A DNA stretch of 64,000 bases from contig JAUICN010000001.1 in assembly GCA_030427835.1 (NCBI GenBank), positions 81,929 through 145,928 on the forward strand, in the 5' to 3' direction. A model generated the notes under the pieces. It was not told the DNA's origin and did not search any database. It worked only from the letters and a program-made list of their open reading frames with translations. Source of the stretch: Polyangia bacterium. Its GTDB lineage: Bacteria > Myxococcota_A > Polyangia > Polyangiales > JAUICN01. The position numbers were made by a program, and so were the translations under genes. Shown piece by piece: positions 9,093 to 16,550 of this stretch (its first letter is position 1; each line of letters starts with the position of its first letter).

Positions 9093-10415
9093 TTAATCGC
9101 TGGAATCGTGGGACGGAGGCACCGGAGTACGGGTAATGAGCGTATCGCGCTCCCCAAAATCAAGGGTATCCACAGAGGCATCCAACTGATCCTTGGCTTC
9201 TCCGAGCTCGCTTGAGGTGGACCGCAGCCGGGTGCTGAGAACCCGCAGGAAACTCCAGAGCAGCTTCACCGCCACATCGTGGTCCGACCGCACCATATGG
9301 TAGAATCGCTTGCGATCCACGACGAGCAATTTTCCTGGTGTCACAGCGGTTACATTTGCACTGCGGGGTTCCCGATCGATCAGTGCCATTTCTCCGAAGT
9401 GCTCTCCTGGGCCGAACTCCGTCAGGGTATTGCCCCCACGGTGCACCGTAAACGTTCCAGAAAGCACGATGAAGAGTTCCTCCCCATCGTCGCCCTGGTG
9501 CACCACATCTTCATCCTTACGAAAAGTTCGCATTTCTGTAACGTTGATGACACGCACCAGTTCCTGATAGTTGAGGTGCTGAAAGATGGGCATTTGGTGA
9601 AGTACCTCAAACTTGAGTTGGACTTCGCGAACATTCTCCTCAGAGCGGGCGCCATCGTCTGGTAGCTTGGCAAGAACGGTCGTGATGTTGTCCTTGCCGC
9701 CACGTTGGTTTGCGGTGTCGATCAGGTACTGGCAACACATCTCGATGGGGCTATTTTCCAGGGCCTGCTGGATATCGGGGTCTTCTAGGTGACCCACGAG
9801 ACCATCGGAGCACATCAGAAACCCGTCTCCGGGGAGTACATCCAGATCGATCAAATCAGCTTCCACGCTCTCGTATACGCCCACCGCTCGGGTCACCGCA
9901 TTCTTGTATTTGATTTTTCCGAGCTGCTCTGGGGTCATCTGCCGACGCTTGAGCAGTTCGTTGATAAGGGAGTGATCCTCGGTAAGCTGATGCAACTCGG
10001 AACCTCGGTGCAGATACACTCGCGAATCACCCACATGGGCCACAAACGCACGATTGCCGCAAAGTAGGAGCACTTCTAGGGTCGTGCCCATTCCTCTCTT
10101 GTTGGGATCCCGTTGACCTTCCTGAAAGACCTCCGCACAGGCACGTTGCACCGCCAACTCCAACATGCGAGCCACATCCTGCCGCGGACTTTCCGACTTT
10201 CGAAAGCTATCCAACAGGGCTTTGTGTTCTTTCACCGTGTTGTACACAGATTCGCAACTCATGCTGCTGGCCACTTCACCCGCAGCGTGACCGCCCATGC
10301 CATCTGCCACGACAAATAAACCGAGGTCCTCGTCCACAAGATAGGCGTCTTCGTTGTGCTCCCGTTTCCGACCGACGTCAGTGAGGGCAAAGGATTGGGT
10401 TCGTTGGCTGCTCAT
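9093..10415 (-). CDS. PP2C-family Ser/Thr phosphatase fused to a cyclic-nucleotide-binding domain
   Basis: PP2C motifs: DVGRKREHNEDAY, FVVADGMGGHAAGEVAS, HVGDSRVY, CSDGL, GGKDNITTV. C-terminal cNMP domain with FGEMALIDREPRSANVTA. Confidence 0.85.
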   Translation of the reverse strand: MSSQRTQSFALTDVGRKREHNEDAYLVDEDLGLFVVADGMGGHAAGEVASSMSCESVYNTVKEHKALLDSFRKSESPRQDVARMLELAVQRACAEVFQEGQRDPNKRGMGTTLEVLLLCGNRAFVAHVGDSRVYLHRGSELHQLTEDHSLINELLKRRQMTPEQLGKIKYKNAVTRAVGVYESVEADLIDLDVLPGDGFLMCSDGLVGHLEDPDIQQALENSPIEMCCQYLIDTANQRGGKDNITTVLAKLPDDGARSEENVREVQLKFEVLHQMPIFQHLNYQELVRVINVTEMRTFRKDEDVVHQGDDGEELFIVLSGTFTVHRGGNTLTEFGPGEHFGEMALIDREPRSANVTAVTPGKLLVVDRKRFYHMVRSDHDVAVKLLWSFLRVLSTRLRSTSSELGEAKDQLDASVDTLDFGERDTLITRTPVPPSHDSSD

Positions 10416-10573
10416 CTTGGTTTGTTAGGGATTATGGCCAGTTTCATGTGGAATCACCAAGAGGAAAATGGGGCTTCTCTGCGGAATCGAGTCGCTCGCG
10501 CGCAGAACTGGGCGCTGCAGCTACCCACCGTATCGAATGACCGCATCCAGCGACCGCACCTAGTGATGGGGGG

Positions 10574-12529
10574 CTAGCTGCCGGCATTTCGATTGCGACT
10601 CCGTTGCTGCGGGGCAAGAGGATGGGCTTTCCAGCCCCCTTCGTCCCGATCCCGGAGGGCCACATCGATTCGAACCGCCGCGTTGATCAACCCCAGATGG
10701 CTAAATGCCTGGGGGAAGTTGCCCAGCAACGCACCTCGTGCGGTGTCGGGGAGTTGACTATTGAGAAAATCTGCGTCCACCTCTTCCGATAGCAGCCCCA
10801 GATGGTTTGCGGTTCCAACATGGGCCAGGAATACTTCCTGTGCGTCCTCCAGCTGCCCCATCATGGCCAGGGATTCGGCCAGCCAGAAACCACAGAGGAC
10901 GAACGCACCTTCCTTTCCGCCAACGCCATCTTCCATGTTGTACCGATGGATAAACTTTCCCTGTTGTAGGTGTTTACGCAGAAACTGGACCGTGCCCTCC
11001 GCAAGGGGATCCTGAGGGGAAATAAATCCTTGGGTTACCAGGCGTAACAGGGACGCATCCGCCACTTCTTGGCCATAGATCCCCACAAAGTGATCCCCAC
11101 GGTGACTTCGCCCGTTTTGCATGATGTCCGAACGAACCGCGTTTGCGGTGGCGGCCCAGAGACTTTCGCAAACCCTGTCGCCGAACAACGCGGCAAGTTG
11201 TTGCCCCCGATCCAACGCAAGCCAACTCATGAACTTGGAATAGACGTTGTGCTGCTTGCCTGCCCGTGGCTCCCAAATCCCATGATCGGGCTGGGACCAC
11301 TGGTCGACCACATTGTTGACGATGTTCCGTAGGTGACGCCAGGCCCGAAGTGTCAGGGTGCCACCCACCCGTTCATGCAAATAGGCGGCATCGATCAATG
11401 CACCTGCGGTATCCAGTTGGATTTGATTTCGGGCGCCGTTTCCCACCCGCACCGGCAAAGAACCTCGATAGCCGACAAGGGGCAAGGTCTCTTCCTCGGG
11501 AACCTGGCTGCCGTCAATGCGGTACATCACTCGCAGTTCCTCATCGCGATCGAGGGTGTCTCGCACAAAGTGAAAGAACGCCTGGGCTTCTTTCACGCAC
11601 CCGATGCGGTTCGCCGCGCGGATAGCCATGGCGGCGTCGCGTATCCAGGCGTACCGGTAATCCCAGTTTCTCGGACCCCCGATCCACTCCGGCAGGGATG
11701 TGGTGGGTGCCGCGACCATGGCACCGGTTGGGGCGTAGATCAGCAACTTGAGGGTCAGCGCGGAACGAAGAACGTGGTGCCTCCAGGGGCCATCGTACCT
11801 GATCTGTCTTGCCCATTCTCGCCAGTGGTGGCGGGTTTGCCGTAGGCAGTGGAAGGATCGGTATGCCTGGGCAGGCTCCGGAGCGCGGGCTCCCCAGGAG
11901 AGAATCATCCACCGCCGTTGACCGGACTCCAGGGTAAAGCTGGCTTCTTTTCCTCCTGAAGGTACATCTTTCCAATCAGATGTGCCCGATAGCACCGCGG
12001 CGAGTCGCTGCCCCTGGGGCCCCTCTGCCATGAGGCCGTGCCCGTTTGCAACAAAGGTGGGCGAAGCTTGGCCGTAGTTGAACCGTGGATTGAACTGCGC
12101 GCTTACTTGAACCCGACCTCCAACACATTCGATGCGCCGATGAACTTCATGAACCGAAGCCCGTGCATCATCGGTCCAGGGCATAAAATCTGTCAATCGA
12201 AGCACGCCTTGCCCAGGCACCTGGAAGAGGGTCTCCAGCACGTTGGTGTCCGGGTCGTAGCGCTGCAGGGTCTCCCAGGTCGGTACGCCGTGGGCGTCGG
12301 CAACTGGCCTTACGTGGGTGAATCCCCCCCGGCCCGGATCCAGCAACGAGCCAAATACCGAGGGGCTATCAAACCTTGGAAAGCAGAGCCAATCAATGGT
12401 TCCATCAGGTCGGATTAGGGCCGTGGTGAAACCGTCACCGATGATCCCGTGATCACCAATGTGTGGGTCGCTGAGTTGTTCATGCTGGAAGGGGCGACCA
12501 AGCCAGCGTGCTGCGTTGTACAAGTCCAT
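10574..12529 (-). CDS. glycoside hydrolase family 15 (glucoamylase/trehalase-like)
   Basis: N-terminal HGIIGDGFTTALIRPDGTIDWLCFPRFDSPSVFGSLLD. Catalytic-domain motifs WDYRYAWIRDAAMAIRA and LLSEEVD. Start set at the Met of MDLYNAARW (12529), because the longer track ORF would overlap the upstream gene. Confidence 0.8.
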   Translation of the reverse strand: MDLYNAARWLGRPFQHEQLSDPHIGDHGIIGDGFTTALIRPDGTIDWLCFPRFDSPSVFGSLLDPGRGGFTHVRPVADAHGVPTWETLQRYDPDTNVLETLFQVPGQGVLRLTDFMPWTDDARASVHEVHRRIECVGGRVQVSAQFNPRFNYGQASPTFVANGHGLMAEGPQGQRLAAVLSGTSDWKDVPSGGKEASFTLESGQRRWMILSWGARAPEPAQAYRSFHCLRQTRHHWREWARQIRYDGPWRHHVLRSALTLKLLIYAPTGAMVAAPTTSLPEWIGGPRNWDYRYAWIRDAAMAIRAANRIGCVKEAQAFFHFVRDTLDRDEELRVMYRIDGSQVPEEETLPLVGYRGSLPVRVGNGARNQIQLDTAGALIDAAYLHERVGGTLTLRAWRHLRNIVNNVVDQWSQPDHGIWEPRAGKQHNVYSKFMSWLALDRGQQLAALFGDRVCESLWAATANAVRSDIMQNGRSHRGDHFVGIYGQEVADASLLRLVTQGFISPQDPLAEGTVQFLRKHLQQGKFIHRYNMEDGVGGKEGAFVLCGFWLAESLAMMGQLEDAQEVFLAHVGTANHLGLLSEEVDADFLNSQLPDTARGALLGNFPQAFSHLGLINAAVRIDVALRDRDEGGWKAHPLAPQQRSRNRNAGS

Positions 12530-12542
12530 GGGTGGAGAAGGG

Positions 12543-13526
12543 CTAGGGTCGTCTGTTGTTCGTGTGTGGTGAGGCGTGTTGTGCGAACCTGAATCTCCGG
12601 CGTTGAACCAGCAGCATGGCAAGAACCAGCAGCAGTGGCCATAGCCCTTTCCACGGTGCCCCTGCACGGGAAGGTTGCTTGCCACTCTTTATGCTGCACA
12701 GGGGCTGAAAGTAGTTCCCCACCAGGGGGTCAATGCACGCCTGGAGCGGGTGGCTGGATCGCCCTACCCCGTCCAAGGCCAGGACTTCTGCGCAAATGGT
12801 GGATCGCGCCTCCGCGTCCGTGAGAACCATGGCGAGCACCACGGAGGCTGCCGGTGTGTTGCGAGTGCGGCCCCGGAGCTCAGGGGCCTCCACTGTGGGG
12901 CCGTGCGTGAGATACATCTGGTACTCGATATCTCCAGGGGGGCCATCGTCCACCGCGGGATCAAATGTGGCATCAATGCGCACTCCACCGTTGGGGGCTT
13001 CGCAGGTCTCCGCGGTCTGGAAAGCACTCAACACCAACTCACCAAGCAACACAGGGGCGGTTTCATCCAACCGATCCCCCGTGGTGAACTGCAGGGTAAG
13101 ATCGCGCTCAAACCCTGTGGCGATGCCCTGGTAGGTGGTGTCCGGCTCCCAGTGGGAAGTGGGCTCAAAAAACAACGTGAGGCCCACAAAGCTCGCGCTG
13201 CCCGCCACGGGAACGGTATCCCCCTCACGGGTGATTTGGAAACCCTCCAGGGCGGAAGCCTGGAGCACAGCATTGGTGTAGTGGGAAGAGTACCGAACGC
13301 GAACAGGAGCCGCGCGAGTCACCTGCATCGCGCCTACGGAGGGAAACGACTCCACAGGCCCGGTGGTCTGTTCAGGCTCACAGATCTCATCGTCCTGGGC
13401 CGCTGCTGGAATCGATAGCGGTGGCAATACACTCAGAACTCCTGCCGCAACGAAGACGCGGTGGACCAGACGCGTGGGGTGGCATGGACACGGACGGCAT
13501 GTTGGGCGATTGGAATGGTAGGACAA
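12543..13526 (-). CDS. exported protein with an Ig-like (SbsA/Big_5-type) domain and a Cys-TM-Arg C-terminal anchor
   Basis: Signal peptide ending IPAAAQDD. Ig-like segment VTRAAPVRVRYSSHYTNAV...FQITREGDTVPV...LFFEPTSHWEPDTTYQ. C-terminus: LCSIKSG...GLWPLLLVLAMLLVQRRRFR. Confidence 0.5.
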   Translation of the reverse strand: MSYHSNRPTCRPCPCHPTRLVHRVFVAAGVLSVLPPLSIPAAAQDDEICEPEQTTGPVESFPSVGAMQVTRAAPVRVRYSSHYTNAVLQASALEGFQITREGDTVPVAGSASFVGLTLFFEPTSHWEPDTTYQGIATGFERDLTLQFTTGDRLDETAPVLLGELVLSAFQTAETCEAPNGGVRIDATFDPAVDDGPPGDIEYQMYLTHGPTVEAPELRGRTRNTPAASVVLAMVLTDAEARSTICAEVLALDGVGRSSHPLQACIDPLVGNYFQPLCSIKSGKQPSRAGAPWKGLWPLLLVLAMLLVQRRRFRFAQHASPHTNNRRP

Positions 13527-13564
13527 CTTGTAACCCTGTTCTCGTACCGGCTACGATACGTGCC

Positions 13565-13951
13565 GTGGATCACGAGGATCAACCTTTTCCGCCCCTGTGC
13601 CCCAAGGATTCTGGTTTACGGGCCAACCCATGGCCCCTGGATCGCCAGGACGGGATACTGGCCGGCCTTATTCTCAACCCTCAGTTGGACGGTCTGCATG
13701 GTCTTCCGGAGCGGGAAGCCGACCTGATTCGACAACGGTGGGCTGCCCTGCAACAGGCCGATCGGGAACAGCGTGTTTCCCTCATCCAGCGGGTCGGACA
13801 GCAAATGTCCGCACGATCGGAAGGGTTGGAGCCAGGCCTCGCGCAGGGACTGCCACCTGCTCTAATCCGAGAGATCGCACGCTTGGTGGATTCCAGGAAA
13901 TCAGGATCAGTGGACAATCCCATGGGGAAACCGGAGGAGGATCGATCGTGA
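13565..13951 (+). CDS. hypothetical protein, translationally coupled to the FliH/SctL-like gene
   Basis: Protein-like composition in this frame (ADLIRQRWAALQQADREQRVSLIQRVG...PPALIREIARLV). The stop TGA overlaps the GTG start of the next gene (GTGA at 13948-13951). The start is uncertain; I chose the GTG at 13565 because the upstream part of the track ORF overlaps the divergent gene. Confidence 0.3.
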   Translation: MDHEDQPFPPLCPKDSGLRANPWPLDRQDGILAGLILNPQLDGLHGLPEREADLIRQRWAALQQADREQRVSLIQRVGQQMSARSEGLEPGLAQGLPPALIREIARLVDSRKSGSVDNPMGKPEEDRS

Positions 13952-14520
13952 CGACGCGCATTGTACACATGGAAGGTGGCGGAGTGGCTTCGGGGGAAGC
14001 CTGGGCCGCCATGGACGAAGCCTCACGGATACGGCATCGTGGGGAAGAACACGCGCGGGCAGCCATCTCCAGGGCAGAGGCGCAGGTGGCGACGATCCAC
14101 CGCGCCGCAGAGCAGGAGGGGCGCCTCTCGGGTCAGGCGCAAGCAGCCTCCCTGGTTCAACAGGCTTCCCAGGCGTTCCAGGGGGCCATCGAGCACGCAC
14201 AAGAGCAAGTACTGGAACTCGCGCTGGCCTGCGCGAAGCAGATTCTCCAGACTGAACTTCAGCAGGACCCCCAGGCCATGGCTCGGCTTGTGCGGCGAGC
14301 GATCGCGGAGGCGGGGCGCTGCTCGCGCGTCACGGTGCACGTGCATCCTGACGACATGCCCCTGGTTGCCCAGAAGGTTGCCATGGACTCCGTTCGATTT
14401 GAGCAAGATGCATCCCTCGGTCGGGGCGACTGTGTGGTGCACACGGATGTGGGAAAGGTGGACGCTCGCCTCGATATTCAGCTGTCTGCACTGCAAAAGG
14501 CCATGGACCAGGCTTTCTGA
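13948..14520 (+). CDS. FliH/SctL (HrpE/YscL)-family protein
   Basis: Coiled-coil N-terminal half. Central LELALACAKQILQTELQQDPQAMARLVRRAIAEAG...VTVHVHPDDMPLV. C-terminal GDCVVHTDVGKVDARLDIQLSALQKAM, which matches the characteristic FliH/SctL C-terminal block. GGAGGA lies 8 nt upstream of the GTG at 13948. An ATG at 13969 is an alternative start. Confidence 0.7.
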   Translation: MTTRIVHMEGGGVASGEAWAAMDEASRIRHRGEEHARAAISRAEAQVATIHRAAEQEGRLSGQAQAASLVQQASQAFQGAIEHAQEQVLELALACAKQILQTELQQDPQAMARLVRRAIAEAGRCSRVTVHVHPDDMPLVAQKVAMDSVRFEQDASLGRGDCVVHTDVGKVDARLDIQLSALQKAMDQAF

Positions 14521-14601
14521 GCCCTGCAGTGCCTGGAATCACCAAATGAAAGTCGTGAAAAAGTAGGCAAACACTGGACGGATTTGTAGTATCGCGGACG
14601 G

Positions 14602-15927
14602 ATGTCGATGCTGTATCTCTGGCTTGCCCACACCTGCTCCCGCTGTGGTGTCGGAGCCCCGCGCGCGGGGATTGCAATGGTTGCCGGCCTGTGTGTGGGC
14701 ATGGTGGGTACCCCGCAATCTGTGAGGGCTTGGACGGATGTCAAAGTGGAAGAGGTTCACGGGACCATCCATATTGGGCAGGACACCATGGCCGTGGTGG
14801 CTCTTGTGGCCCGTGTGCGCGTCACCGGCGGGCGTCTCAAGCGGTTTGAGCTTGCCGGGATTGGGCCCTCGGAGGGGGCTGGATCGACGAACGATGCCTG
14901 GGCCAGTTCGTGGGATCGACGCACTCCCGAGAAGACCCGATCGTGGAGAGTGCGTACCGTACGACAAGCTTCGGGGCGCTTGCAGGTGGTATTCCCAGGT
15001 AGGGGAGTGCGGGCGGGACATGTGGTAGAAATTGGACTGAACTATGGTGCTGCTCTTCGGGCAGAAAACAGCGACCGTGGGGGGAACGACGGTGCGCGGA
15101 ATGGGTTGCTCGGTTGGAATTGGTCGTTGCCCATTTGGGAGCAACCCGTCTTCCGCACCACGCTGCGGGTTACATTTCCAAAAGCCTGGTCTGTCACCAT
15201 GGACGATGAAGCCCTCCTTGGGATCGCTTCCCACAACGAACAGACGGATGGGGACTTCCGTACCGTGGAGTGGAAGCGGACTCATATCCCCCAGGGGCAA
15301 CCATGGGAGCTGCGGTTTGCCCCATCGCAGGTACGTTCAAACGAGAGGTATCCGAGGGAAGCTAGGGCGGGCGAGGATTCCAGAGTGGAAGGGGTCCAGC
15401 AGCCCCAGCGGTACGCCCTATCCAGAAACCAGGGAGCTCAACTTGGGGGAGCGTTGCTCCTGTTTTTACTGGTACTCCTATTTCATACCCTGGACTACGA
15501 AATACTTTGTCGACGGCGGGGATTGGACCCTCGCCCCCTTCTGGGCATGGGCCGAGCCGCCCGTTGGATCCTTGCTGGGGCTGCAACCCTTTTTGGGGGC
15601 TGGTGCTGGATTCAGCAAACCCCAGACTCCTTTGGAACCGCCGGCGCGGTCACCAGTTGGTGCGTGGCGGCAACCACAGGCGTGTATCGCAATCCACGCG
15701 TGGTGGCCTATCCAGAATCATTGGGCCGGCGGAGACGACAGGAGCTCATTGTGGATCTCTTTTCCTTTCGGGGCTTGCTACCCGCCTGTGCGGTAGTCGC
15801 CGGAATGCTTTGGCTTGCCCAAGGTGATCTTGCGCTCGCGCTACTCCCTTGGGCACTTCTTCCCCTTCTCAGCTGCACCGCACGCCGATGGAATACTCCA
15901 CTCAGCAGCGAACTTGGCACGCCTTAG
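14602..15927 (+). CDS. membrane protein with an exported N-terminal domain (DUF2207-like pattern) and C-terminal TM helices
   Basis: Signal/anchor MVAGLCVGMVGTPQSVRAW. N-terminal pattern VKVEEVHGTIHIGQDTMAVVALVARVRVTGGRLKRFEL. Several C-terminal hydrophobic helices (LGGALLLFLLVLLF, ILAGAATLFGGWCWI, LLPACAVVAGMLWLA). The start could instead be at 14677. Confidence 0.5.
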   Translation: MSMLYLWLAHTCSRCGVGAPRAGIAMVAGLCVGMVGTPQSVRAWTDVKVEEVHGTIHIGQDTMAVVALVARVRVTGGRLKRFELAGIGPSEGAGSTNDAWASSWDRRTPEKTRSWRVRTVRQASGRLQVVFPGRGVRAGHVVEIGLNYGAALRAENSDRGGNDGARNGLLGWNWSLPIWEQPVFRTTLRVTFPKAWSVTMDDEALLGIASHNEQTDGDFRTVEWKRTHIPQGQPWELRFAPSQVRSNERYPREARAGEDSRVEGVQQPQRYALSRNQGAQLGGALLLFLLVLLFHTLDYEILCRRRGLDPRPLLGMGRAARWILAGAATLFGGWCWIQQTPDSFGTAGAVTSWCVAATTGVYRNPRVVAYPESLGRRRRQELIVDLFSFRGLLPACAVVAGMLWLAQGDLALALLPWALLPLLSCTARRWNTPLSSELGTP

Positions 15928-15940
15928 GCCTCGCTAGACT

Positions 15941-16546
15941 CTAAACCTTTTGGGCGAGGCTCGTACGCACCCTGGCTAGGACCGGATCGATCCTTTTGAG
16001 CTCACGGGCCACATCCCCTTCTTCAAAATCGAACTGCTCAACGATGGCTTCGTGCACGGCATCGTAAAGCCAGGTCGTTCCTTCGTCGTCAGAAATGCAT
16101 TTTGCGGCGGTGTGTCCCTGATGATTGATTTTAGGCAGACCCGCGATGACTTTCTCCAGAGTCGGAAAAAGATCGCCGATGTAGCCACGGGCCACCTCCA
16201 GTTGCGCATCCATGGTGGCAAACTCGGGTGAGCTCGCTCGATGCTCCTTCATGGCTTCCGCATTTTTTTCGGATACGGTTTTCGCAACAAGCCGTAGAAT
16301 CAGGGCATCGTCCATGAACGCCAACGTCCCCCGCATCCCTGGTATGGCGTTGCTTCCTGAAATCGCGTGGATGAGGGCGCCGGCCACGAGTATTCGGCCT
16401 TCGTCGTCCACCTCGAGGTCTTCCACCACACGAAGCAACACTTTCATATCCTGCGGAAGAGACAGGATGGCTTCTTCCATCGCCGTAACGAATCCCTGCT
16501 GGCTCATGATAGGGATCAGTTTTGCACGGGAATCGGCAGAAACCAA
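15941..16546 (-). CDS. hypothetical cytoplasmic protein
   Basis: ORF immediately downstream of the OmpA-family gene on the same strand. A TTG start at 16546 lies 4 nt after the ompA-like stop; an ATG at 16507 is an alternative. No motif recognised. Confidence 0.45.
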   Translation of the reverse strand: MVSADSRAKLIPIMSQQGFVTAMEEAILSLPQDMKVLLRVVEDLEVDDEGRILVAGALIHAISGSNAIPGMRGTLAFMDDALILRLVAKTVSEKNAEAMKEHRASSPEFATMDAQLEVARGYIGDLFPTLEKVIAGLPKINHQGHTAAKCISDDEGTTWLYDAVHEAIVEQFDFEEGDVARELKRIDPVLARVRTSLAQKV

Positions 16547-16550
16547 GGGA

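Noticed and set aside
12530-12685. The N-terminal 52-codon extension of the GH15 ORF, and similarly 50777-51061 for hslU, 62580-63104 for the L,D-transpeptidase and 59879-60076 for the nuclease-like gene.
   Set aside because: The extensions overlap neighbouring genes or divergent starts. They have junk-like composition (His/Arg/Cys/Pro-rich). Internal Met codons give canonical N-termini or signal peptides, and for hslU an ATGA coupling.
13597-13947. The upstream part of the 307-codon track ORF considered as an N-terminal extension of the FliH-like protein.
   Set aside because: That segment translates to Gly/Arg/Pro/Ser/Thr-rich junk. The alternative frame (13565-13951) looks protein-like, and a GGAGGA-spaced GTG at 13948 gives a normal-sized FliH/SctL protein.
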